In this document: positions 50,030 to 57,504 of the stretch, one piece after another
Layout of the letters: every line of letters starts with the position of its first letter
Position numbering within the stretch: the first letter of the stretch is position 1
Origin: Patescibacteria group bacterium
GTDB taxonomy: Bacteria; Patescibacteriota; Microgenomatia; 0-14-0-10-38-17
DNA: 57,504 nucleotides
Direction: 5' to 3'
NCBI GenBank assembly: GCA_050953885.1
Contig: JBMNNJ010000002.1
Location: forward strand, 190,140 to 247,643
Translations under genes and position numbers: made by a program
The notes under the pieces: model-generated
What the model saw: only the letters and a program-made list of their open reading frames with translations
Told to the model about the DNA's origin: nothing
Database searches by the model: none

Positions 50030-51025
50030 CTAATTATTAAGGCTAATAGTTTGATAAACAGTCTGGGAAACTTGCCGCACAATTCCCTGAAGAGCGTTAA
50101 AATCGTCTCCACGGGTCATTACGCAAAGCAGGTAGGGCTTGCCGGGGTAATAAATAATCCCGCAATCGTGAAATTGTTTTACCCCGCTTTCCTCATAAGC
50201 CCGCTCGCCAAATTTATGGGCCACCTTAATCCCTTCAGGCAGGACAGCGACCAAACCATCCTCATAAACCACTTCGCTTAATAATTTAAGCGCCTTCTCC
50301 GACATCTCGCGGCTAAGATAAGAGGCGTTATAAAGAATCCTGAAAAGAGCGGCATAGTCTTTGACGGTGATAAAGTTCTCCTCCGCCTCATCTGCCGGCA
50401 CCTTTAAGCCTAAATCGGCATAAACTTCCGCCAATTTATTTTTTTCAATTTTGTCCGCCAAGATCTCCAGCGCCTGATTGTCGGAATAAACAATCATCCG
50501 CCTAATAAGATTGCCAATTGAATAAGATTGGCCCGCCACTAATTGCTTTTCCGGCGGAATATTTTGGGAAAGCGCCTCCTGGGGCTGATATTCTATCTCT
50601 TGGTAAAGATAATCGGGATCCTCTTCGGCAACTTTTAGATAAGCAATCATTAAAGGAACTTTAAGGAGGCTGGCGGGAGCAAATTTTTCTCTCTCGCCAA
50701 GACCAATCCAGGCGCCGGAATTTAGTTCTTGAAAATAAATGCCCACTTGGGAAGCCTTGTTACTTTTAACAGCCGTATTGATTAACTCTTCCAGCTTTTT
50801 TCTTAAAAAAACTAAATCCCCCCGTCTGGTTTCTTCAAGGGGAGCAAAGTCAAGCAGGGGATTAATGAATTGATACTCCGACTGGCGCTGGCGGAAAAAA
50901 ACATTTTCTTCTTCTTTTTTGGTTAAAAGCTTTTCCCCTAAAGCGCCCAAAGCCACTCCCAAAACAAAAACTCCCAAAAAAATCGTTGCTTTTTTTAACT
51001 TGCCAATCATTTTTAATTTTTCCAT
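50030..51025 (-). CDS. Class A beta-lactamase-related serine hydrolase (membrane-anchored)
   Basis: SxxK (ASLLK), SDN (YSDNQALE) and KxG-like (HKFGE) motifs in the right order. N-terminal TM helix. Confidence 0.65.
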   Translation of the reverse strand: MEKLKMIGKLKKATIFLGVFVLGVALGALGEKLLTKKEEENVFFRQRQSEYQFINPLLDFAPLEETRRGDLVFLRKKLEELINTAVKSNKASQVGIYFQELNSGAWIGLGEREKFAPASLLKVPLMIAYLKVAEEDPDYLYQEIEYQPQEALSQNIPPEKQLVAGQSYSIGNLIRRMIVYSDNQALEILADKIEKNKLAEVYADLGLKVPADEAEENFITVKDYAALFRILYNASYLSREMSEKALKLLSEVVYEDGLVAVLPEGIKVAHKFGERAYEESGVKQFHDCGIIYYPGKPYLLCVMTRGDDFNALQGIVRQVSQTVYQTISLNN

Positions 51026-51087
51026 TATATTCTTCTTACCCAAGAAAGAAAAGAAAGCGGTAGAACAAAAATAAGTGCTTTAAAGCT

Positions 51088-51858
51088 TTAGCGGCCCAAG
51101 AAAAACCAAAAAACAAAAGCCAAAATAATCCGGTAGAAAGCAAAAATCCGAAAAGAATGGCTCTTAACAAAGCCAGTCAAGGCTTTAATTGTTAAAAGCG
51201 CCGCCAGAAAAGCTCCCAAAAAGCCCACCAGCAAAATCAAATACTCCTGACGTGTGAAAGAAAAACCTACTTTTGCCAAATCAAGACCCGCGGCCCCCAC
51301 CATGGTGGGGATGGCCAAAAGAAAAGAAAACTCGGTGGCGCTTTTGCGGCTCAAGCCCGTCCCCAGACCGGCAAAAATCGTTACCATTGCCCGGGAAACC
51401 CCGGGGACCAAAGCAAGAGATTGGGCCACACCGATTAAAAAAACTTGAGCTAGGTTTAAGTCTTTAATTTTCTTCTGACGCTTTCTTTGGCTAAAGAAGT
51501 CCTCCAGAGCCAGCATTAAGATCCCCCCTAAAGCAAGGGAAACAATCACTATCTGAAGATTACCAAGAAGAAAACCCTTCACCAACGGATAAGCAAAAAA
51601 ACCAATCAGGCCGGTGGGGATAAAGGCGATAAGCACCCGGAGAAGCAGGCGGCGGCTGGAAAACAAAGTGCGCCAGTATAAAACGGCCACCGCCAAAATT
51701 GCCCCCAATTGGATAATGATTTCAAAACTTTTTAAAAATTCCGTTTGGGCAAGACCCAAAAGGTGGCTTACTAAAATCAGATGGCCGGTTGAGGAAACAG
51801 GCAAAAATTCGGTAATCCCCTCAACCAGGGAAAGAATAAAGGCTTGAAAATAAGTCAT
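51088..51858 (-). CDS. uppP: Undecaprenyl-diphosphate phosphatase
   Basis: LVEGITEFLPVSSTGHLIL, PGVSRA and FSFLLAIPTM are BacA/UppP motifs. Confidence 0.9.
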   Translation of the reverse strand: MTYFQAFILSLVEGITEFLPVSSTGHLILVSHLLGLAQTEFLKSFEIIIQLGAILAVAVLYWRTLFSSRRLLLRVLIAFIPTGLIGFFAYPLVKGFLLGNLQIVIVSLALGGILMLALEDFFSQRKRQKKIKDLNLAQVFLIGVAQSLALVPGVSRAMVTIFAGLGTGLSRKSATEFSFLLAIPTMVGAAGLDLAKVGFSFTRQEYLILLVGFLGAFLAALLTIKALTGFVKSHSFRIFAFYRIILAFVFWFFLGR

Positions 51859-51910
51859 TACTAATCATTATATCTTAAAAAATAAGGCAAAATGTTAAAA
51901 TAGGAACTTA

Positions 51911-52939
51911 ATGATAAAAATCTTACTGGTAATCAGTTTAGGAATGGCTTTTTTCTCCCAAATAAGCGGTCTTCCTTTCCCAAGTCTTGCCAATAGTTTT
52001 GCCTTAATCTTAGGATGGCTTGTTCTCTTTCTGATTTTTCTTTCAGGAGGAATTGGCTTTTTAGAAGGTTGGCTCTCGCGTTCAAAAAAGCCTTCCCTTT
52101 CTTTGCTAAAAATAAAAAGAAAGGAACGGGTGCTTTTCTTTTCCCCCCATCCTGACGACGAAACTCTTGCCGCCGGCGGCCTGATCAGCCAACTTTTAGC
52201 CCAAAAAAATCCCCTTAAAATTGTTTTTGTTACCCGCGGTAATGGCAACCCCTCTCTTTTTTTAAAGGATAAAAAAGTCAGGTTTTTGCCGGAAAAATTT
52301 ATTGAAACCAGCCGGGTAAGAGAAGAAGAAGCCAAAAGGGCAATCAAAGCTTTAGGCGGGCAAGAAAATAACCTGCTTTTTTGGGATTATCCCGACGGAG
52401 TCCTCTCTTCTTTATGGAAAAAACCAAAAAAATTAATTGCCAGCCAAACAACAAAACTTGACCACTCGCCAGATACTTCACAGGAATACCGCGGAGAAAA
52501 TCTTGCTAAAGACATTAAAGACGTCATCGAAGAATTTCAGCCCACAGTTATTTTTGCTCCCCATCAGAAAGAGAGCAATCCCGATCATCAAGCCGTTGCC
52601 CTTTTTATCAAAAAAGCCTTAAAAGCAATTCGCTGGCAGGGAACTCTCTACCAATATCCGATCCACCTAAGAATTTTCAATTTTTTCCGTGTTTACCCGC
52701 CAGGCCTAAAAAAGAAAAATAAAATTTTGTTTCCTCCTCGACAAGTCAGCCCAAAAGGGGAAGGCTGGTTCAGCTTTTGGCTATCAAAAGAACAAATAGC
52801 TAAAAAAAGAAAGGCTCTCAACTGTTACCAAAGCCAGCTCATTATCCCTACTTTAAGGGTGCTTTTCCGCTCTTTTCAGGCTCAAAACGAAATTTTTTCT
52901 CTTCTTAACTATTCTTCTAGCTCTTCCTCTAAAAGGTAG
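51911..52939 (+). CDS. PIG-L/LmbE family deacetylase with N-terminal TM helices
   Basis: VLFFSPHPDDETLAAGGLI and NPDHQAV. Confidence 0.75.
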   Translation: MIKILLVISLGMAFFSQISGLPFPSLANSFALILGWLVLFLIFLSGGIGFLEGWLSRSKKPSLSLLKIKRKERVLFFSPHPDDETLAAGGLISQLLAQKNPLKIVFVTRGNGNPSLFLKDKKVRFLPEKFIETSRVREEEAKRAIKALGGQENNLLFWDYPDGVLSSLWKKPKKLIASQTTKLDHSPDTSQEYRGENLAKDIKDVIEEFQPTVIFAPHQKESNPDHQAVALFIKKALKAIRWQGTLYQYPIHLRIFNFFRVYPPGLKKKNKILFPPRQVSPKGEGWFSFWLSKEQIAKKRKALNCYQSQLIIPTLRVLFRSFQAQNEIFSLLNYSSSSSSKR

Positions 52940-53670
52940 TCCTTTAAACGCTGATAGTTAACCTTAAGGTAGTCAGCTAAACTACGGAGAAAACCTGTTT
53001 TCATTTTTTCCTGATAAGAAGAGCGCTGGTTGGCAATTGTTTGGCGGAAAACCTGAAAGTTCTCCTTCACATAGGCCTTCATCCAATTTTGTTGTTTCTT
53101 AACTTTCTTAAGATGAAGCGGCTTACCAGAAACCCAGGGCACCACGACAATTCTTTTCTTTTTCATCAATTCATTAAGGAAAACTTCTAAACCATAACCC
53201 GTCTTTTCCATTTTTTCAACTGTTTCCTTACTAAAAAAAATTTTCTTCAAACAGCGCTGACCGGAAAGAGGCCAAGAAAGATAATAGGGGCTGTAGAAAA
53301 AAGAGGGGGCGGCAATCGTCATATCGGCCTGATCATTCAACACCGGCCAAGACAAAGAAGAAAGATAATACGGCTGAAGATTAATTAAATCGGCATCTAA
53401 AAAAAGGAGGTAATCATAACGCGCTCTTTTAATTCCTTGGGCCACAGCATAACCCTTGCCGCGGTTTTTGGGAAGATTAACCACCTTAATTTTATCTTTA
53501 TCTCTAAAAACCTGAAGCCTTTCCTTGGTTTTATCCTGCGAGCCATCGTTGACAACAATTATCTCTCCCACTTCGGGCGTCTTTAGGCAAACCTTAACCA
53601 CTTCCGCCACTGTTTTCTCCTCGTTGAAGGCGGGGATAATAACACTGACTAATTTTTTTTCTTCTCCCAT
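52909..53670 (-). CDS. Glycosyltransferase family 2
   Basis: VSVIIPAFNEEKTVAEVV, IIVVNDGSQDKT, GKGYAV, LFLDADL. Confidence 0.8.
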   Translation of the reverse strand: MGEEKKLVSVIIPAFNEEKTVAEVVKVCLKTPEVGEIIVVNDGSQDKTKERLQVFRDKDKIKVVNLPKNRGKGYAVAQGIKRARYDYLLFLDADLINLQPYYLSSLSWPVLNDQADMTIAAPSFFYSPYYLSWPLSGQRCLKKIFFSKETVEKMEKTGYGLEVFLNELMKKKRIVVVPWVSGKPLHLKKVKKQQNWMKAYVKENFQVFRQTIANQRSSYQEKMKTGFLRSLADYLKVNYQRLKDYLLEEELEE

Positions 53671-53789
53671 AAAAGATAAACTTTATCTAAGATTATTTTA
53701 GTGCTTTTGTCAAATAATTACGCCAAGGCCTCTGGGGAGTTAGAGAAGAGAATGTGAGGTTTCTTTCTTTTTTTAAAAATCCGTTTCGA

Positions 53790-54599
53790 CTAATTAATTT
53801 CATAAGTAATGCTTACCGTAATTTCAATTTTATTTTCCCCTGTCTCTATTTGCGGCGCTTCTTTCTCGTCAGTTGTTGCTTCCAAAGCACCAAAAGTTTG
53901 CAAAGAATAGGTTGGCGCCTGGCTCTTTTCACTGAAATTAGTAATTCGCACCAAGTTCACTCCTAAAAGAGAAGCCAGCTCTTTGGCCCTATCCTTGGCA
54001 TTTTTCACCGCTTCTTCTCGCGCCTCCCTCTCCAGCTCTTCCCGATTATCAATCGTAAACTGCAGATCGCCTATCTGATTGGCACCAGCGGCGGTGGCTC
54101 CTTCAATAAGGCTGCCGATTTTATCCATTGCCCGCACTTTTACCTCCAATTCCTGGCGCGCTTCATAACCTATCAACTGCCGCTGGGGAGAAAGATCCTC
54201 GCGCCATTCATAGCGAGGACGAAGGCTAAAGGTGGTGGTTTTTAAATCCTTATCTTCTATGCCTTGGCTCTTAACAAAAGCAATCACCGCGTTCATCTTT
54301 TGGCTGTTTTGGGCCATGGCCTCGGCCACTGTTTTTGCCTCGGAGGAAACCGCAAAAGAAATTAAGGCCAAATCAGGCTTACCGTAAACCTCGCCACGAC
54401 CGGAAACCACCAGCGTATTTTTGGTTTCAATCTCCTGACCAATATATCTTCCTTCCTTAATTTTATTTTGTATCCCCACGACGGTGGAAACGGTTAAGGC
54501 CACCGCAAAAATAATCAAAACGGCCAGAAAAACATTCACCAGCGTTGACTTTTTTCCCCAAAATCCTGCCATGGAAGAATTCGTTTCTTGGTTTAACAT
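53790..54599 (-). CDS. SIMPL-domain (DUF541) protein
   Basis: LVVSGRGEVYGKPDLALISFAV...AKTV.EA.......M..V...VK..GI...DLKT..FSL.P.Y and a late ITVSITYEI. Confidence 0.8.
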   Translation of the reverse strand: MLNQETNSSMAGFWGKKSTLVNVFLAVLIIFAVALTVSTVVGIQNKIKEGRYIGQEIETKNTLVVSGRGEVYGKPDLALISFAVSSEAKTVAEAMAQNSQKMNAVIAFVKSQGIEDKDLKTTTFSLRPRYEWREDLSPQRQLIGYEARQELEVKVRAMDKIGSLIEGATAAGANQIGDLQFTIDNREELEREAREEAVKNAKDRAKELASLLGVNLVRITNFSEKSQAPTYSLQTFGALEATTDEKEAPQIETGENKIEITVSITYEIN

Positions 54600-54654
54600 C
54601 TAGTTAAGAGTACACAATTTACAACCTAAAAGCAAGTCCTACCTTACTATCTAA

Positions 54655-55923
54655 TTATTCGCTCGCTATTGTTTCTAATGTTTCCAGTGCTTTTTGGGTA
54701 ATCATTCTTTCCCGACGATTATCCCCTCCCCAAAACCAACCGCAACTGGTAAAACCCAAAAGAGAGTAGAGCTTACCTAAATATTGTTTCTTTTCTTCAT
54801 CTGTTAATCCGAAACAAAATTTAGCCTCAAAATTCCTGCCGGCAAAAAGATCCTCTCTTGCCCGCAAGACTCTTTTTATAAAATCGCTTTCCTGACCCCT
54901 ACTAATTTGAAACTCGCTATTAAAAGCGGCTAATTCTTCATAAAGTTTTCTTTTCTCGGCCAGAACCGCTTCCGAAGGAGAATCGCAAGAACAAGTTCCC
55001 CGCCACCGACCCAGCAGGTGCGGACAACTCCAACTGGAATCCTCCACCAACCCAACAAATGTTTTTTCTCCGCTTGGCTTTGCCAAGGCTTCTCTTAAGT
55101 TTAAGGGGGCAATACGGTGGGAAGTTAAAACCGCCGGAGAAAGAGCTTCCAGTAAAAATTTTTCCCGACCGGGCTTATGATGGCCAAAGGTTTCCATATC
55201 CACCCCCACCGCCAGTTGCTCTTGGCTATTTTGGCATCTTTCCAGAAAATTATCGGCGCTAATTGTTTCCCCATCATCAAAGGCAACTTTGCCGCTTTCC
55301 GAAGTCTCAAACCAAAAAACCCCCATCTTTTCTCCTGATGGCAAAGAAACAAATACCGGCTGTTCTTTTTTTACCCCCGGCGGGAAGACTATTTGATCGT
55401 CTCGCAAAGCAACAAATTCATAGCCAACTTCCTTAGCCTTGTCTAAAGTGGCCGAACTAATCGCTGTTTCCGGAAGCCACAAGCCTTTAGGGGTAAAACC
55501 AAAATCCTCCCTAAAAGCTTTCTGCCCCAAATCTAAAAGAAGCCTTTGATCGTCTTCGGGTAAAAGGGGTAAAATCGCGTGAATAAAAGGGTCTCCTAAA
55601 ACTTGATATTCCCGGTCTTTTTGCCTGCCAACAAGATCAACCATTTTCTCAAAATCATCAGGGTGAGTGCTTTTCATCCATTCCCGCAGGGTAGAGTAGA
55701 AGGAAAAAACCATCCCTTGGGGAAATCTTTCTTCCGAATCAACTAAAATTGGCCGATAAACCTCTCGGTAAATTTGTTCGTTAATCTCGGGATAAATTTG
55801 AAGCGTTTCCCCGTGGCCATTGTTGACAAAATAAAGCTCGCGCGGCGGCTGATAGGCGTGAAGAAAAAAAACTATTGGCGAAGGCGATTGCTCTTGTTCT
55901 CTTCTTTCTCTCTCCAAACTCAT
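54655..55923 (-). CDS. Glycoside hydrolase family 57-like protein with DUF3536-like C-terminus
   Basis: FFLHAYQPPRE, GLWLPETAIS, VGVDMETFGHH and the C-terminal TSCGWFWG. Confidence 0.65.
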   Translation of the reverse strand: MSLERERREQEQSPSPIVFFLHAYQPPRELYFVNNGHGETLQIYPEINEQIYREVYRPILVDSEERFPQGMVFSFYSTLREWMKSTHPDDFEKMVDLVGRQKDREYQVLGDPFIHAILPLLPEDDQRLLLDLGQKAFREDFGFTPKGLWLPETAISSATLDKAKEVGYEFVALRDDQIVFPPGVKKEQPVFVSLPSGEKMGVFWFETSESGKVAFDDGETISADNFLERCQNSQEQLAVGVDMETFGHHKPGREKFLLEALSPAVLTSHRIAPLNLREALAKPSGEKTFVGLVEDSSWSCPHLLGRWRGTCSCDSPSEAVLAEKRKLYEELAAFNSEFQISRGQESDFIKRVLRAREDLFAGRNFEAKFCFGLTDEEKKQYLGKLYSLLGFTSCGWFWGGDNRRERMITQKALETLETIASE

Positions 55924-56012
55924 AACTAACCTTTAATAAAACTCTAATTGTTTTTTAAAAACGTTCCCCCTTTTTAAGCAAGCTTTAAGAGAAACAAATC
56001 TCTTTTTAAGTT

Positions 56013-56270
56013 TTAGTCATGCTCTTCAAACATCCTCTTGAAAGTCGCGTCTTTTTCTTTTAGATATTCAACCAGCATCGCCGCGTGCTCTTTTTCCTCA
56101 TCACGATTATGCGCCAGAATTCTCTTTAATTCTTCGTCATTGCTGGCCTGAAAACGCTCTTCATAAACATTAATGGCGTCAAGCTCTTCAATTAAAGACT
56201 GCCTGGCGCGCGCCAAGTTTTTGGCCTCCTCCGTTTGCTTTTCCGCATCGCTTGTTAAGTTATAACTCAT
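56013..56270 (-). CDS. Encapsulated-ferritin-like (EncFtn family) protein
   Basis: LIEELDAINVYEERFQASNDEELKRILAHNRDEEKEHAAMLVEYL closely follows the EncFtn di-iron motif region. Confidence 0.7.
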   Translation of the reverse strand: MSYNLTSDAEKQTEEAKNLARARQSLIEELDAINVYEERFQASNDEELKRILAHNRDEEKEHAAMLVEYLKEKDATFKRMFEEHD

Positions 56271-56561
56271 TTTTATTATTTCACCTCCTTTAACTTCTAA
56301 CTAATTGCTTTTTATTCTATCCCAAACACCCATCGGAAATCAACCGCCAATTTAAGGCCATCTTTTTAAATTAATCAGCATAATTACCCTTAATGTTTTG
56401 GATGTAATTGCCGACACTGGCTTCCTGCGCCGAAGGCGAGGTGATGCTGGTGGGCAGCGGTTTACTCCGCGTCAAAGAACTAGGGTAGGCTGGTTTACCG
56501 ATAAAAAAGAGGCGGCGCTCTGTTGTCCTGGTGGCCCCGTCAAATAGTATTTGTCAAGAGC

Positions 56562-56891
56562 CTAACGATTATCTCCGCTTCCAGAAAGCCGCTTTCTTTT
56601 TTGCCTTGAACTTAGTTTCTTAAGATTGCCCTTCGCCACTTCCTCCAGCGAAAGGCCCAACTCGGTGGCAATTTGCGCCAGATACCAAAGCACATCCCCT
56701 AACTCCTTGGCAATTTCCTCTTTTTTGGGTTGGTCAATAATCCCCTGATTATCCCTTAAAACTTTTTTAATTTTCTCCGCCACCTCGCCGGCTTCACCAG
56801 CCAGGCCTAGAGTAGGGTAGATAAAGTTTTTCCCTTTTTGGGGATAAATGGCCGTTTTGCGGGAAAGCTTTTGATAGTCTCTAAAGTCCAT
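56562..56891 (-). CDS. MazG-like nucleotide pyrophosphohydrolase domain protein
   Basis: LAGEAGEVAEKIKK and ELGDVLWYLAQIATELG (EExxE...ExxD four-helix pattern). Confidence 0.8.
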   Translation of the reverse strand: MDFRDYQKLSRKTAIYPQKGKNFIYPTLGLAGEAGEVAEKIKKVLRDNQGIIDQPKKEEIAKELGDVLWYLAQIATELGLSLEEVAKGNLKKLSSRQKRKRLSGSGDNR

Positions 56892-56920
56892 CGTTTTTAT
56901 TATTGGAACATAAATTTTAT

Positions 56921-56966
56921 CCCTGAATTAGATTCAGGGCAGGCCCTGAACTTCGTTCAGAATCTG
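56921..56966. repeat. Two adjacent hairpin repeats of the 'ctgaa...ttcag' family
   Basis: ccctgaattagattcaggg and ccctgaacttcgttcagaatctg. The second is related to 6783, 8865 and 21549; the first resembles the cctgaatttaattcagg hairpin at 21516-21532. Confidence 0.8.
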
Positions 56967-57169
56967 AAACATTATACAAAGATGCTGAGTTGAATTCAAC
57001 ATAACAAACTATGTAAGTTTCGTTTAATTATTTTTAAATACTTTAGCCTTTTTTGCCAGAGGGGGAAATAGCAATTCACCTCTTGCCGCCTTCCCAAGCG
57101 CTTTCACCACTTTGCTTTTTCGATATTTTATCAAAATAAAAGCCAAGCCCGCCACTATCAGCCCGCCTC

Positions 57170-57504
57170 CGACCGGATAAGCCCAAGACGGAAAAACGCG
57201 GCCGCGGGAAACTTCATTTTCCCCGCTAATTTGGATTTTTTCTCCTTTGGAAAAAGGAAACTTCAAGGTGCTTACCAGTCTTTTCAGTTGGGAGACACTT
57301 TTTGGACAAACATTCTCCGACGAATTAATTTTCAAAGGCTTGCTGGCAGAAAATTTGGTGGAAGTTGACGAGGAGGCTTTGAAAAACAAGTATGCTGTGG
57401 GAGCGCTTTTGTCCTTTTTGAAATTTTACCTTCCTGAAATAACAGTTATTCCCCTGATAATTTTTATCTTCGAAGCTAACAACAAACCACCCCTAAGCTG
57501 TTTT
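57170..57504 (+). pseudogene. Decayed, internally deleted inverted copy of the [alpha-2-macroglobulin 3' end]-[Memo]-[downstream] junction
   Basis: 57249-57282 is identical to the reverse complement of 38180-38213 (34 nt). The translation ...GNFKVLTSLFSWETLFGQTFSDELIFKGLLAENLVEVDEEALKNKYAVGALLSFLKFYLPEITVIPL parallels Memo aa ~93-160. It then jumps to sequence homologous to 37476-37525. Confidence 0.7.

Noticed and set aside
56400-56550. SRP (4.5S) RNA, tmRNA or RNase P RNA in the GC-rich spacer.
   Set aside because: I could not find the conserved SRP domain IV motif (GGAA tetraloop with AGCA/GGAAGCAGC context), a tmRNA tag or acceptor end, or RNase P P4 motifs on either strand. The region is kept only as an unexplained region in the findings.
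57024-57389. 121-aa minus-strand ORF with a C-terminal hydrophobic segment.
   Set aside because: Its N-terminal two-thirds are antisense to the A2M/Memo remnant, and there is no RBS or family signal. A short genuine membrane peptide cannot be excluded.

Overview
This 57.5-kb chromosomal segment most likely comes from a small-genome Patescibacteria/CPR (Microgenomates-like) bacterium. That is an inference from gene content: a DUF4012 fusion, four-helix-bundle 'IVS' proteins, a trimmed ValRS and short overlapping operons. All family calls rest on motif recognition by eye; no searches were run.

About 57 protein genes are supportable:
- Housekeeping: tsaD, tsaC, valS, rplY, rpmH-rnpA-yidD-yidC-jag, rnhA, tmk, uppP, mltG, nnrD.
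- Envelope/glycan: two double-domain GH130 genes, GH57, two GT2 genes, a flippase, an O-antigen ligase, PIG-L, CapA, an epimerase-DUF4012 fusion and a thioester alpha-2-macroglobulin.
- Other: a VapBC pair and a scattered AmmeMemoRadiSam set.

I recognised no tRNA or CRISPR array and could not support an rRNA; the only hint is a ~25-nt 5S-like start on the minus strand at the left window edge (see rejected items).

Main observations:
1. A visibly AT-rich ~6.1-kb island (about 26.9-33.0 kb) sits in the 3' end of the AmmeMemoRadiSam radical-SAM gene. It is bracketed by ~170-bp direct repeats with a 77-bp identical core, and the displaced original gene end is still intact in frame. The island carries a co-directional six-gene cassette: CYTH, HD, an orphan 466-aa protein, an archaeal-AdkA-like P-loop kinase, a SAM methyltransferase and a GreA/Rnk-like protein. 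This is a candidate nucleotide-centred conflict/defence system. Its HD gene is cleanly split by an rve-type IS with a 5-bp target duplication.
2. Nearly all intergenic DNA consists of mosaic families of word-like palindromic repeats that form nested hairpins. Some bracket whole genes (a four-helix-bundle gene, the rhomboid gene). Several are translated in frame inside genes, most strikingly as the linker of a Memo-AMMECR1 fusion.
3. The alpha-2-macroglobulin gene is translationally coupled to a membrane-anchored Memo paralogue. A decayed, internally deleted inverted copy of that junction lies at the right window edge.
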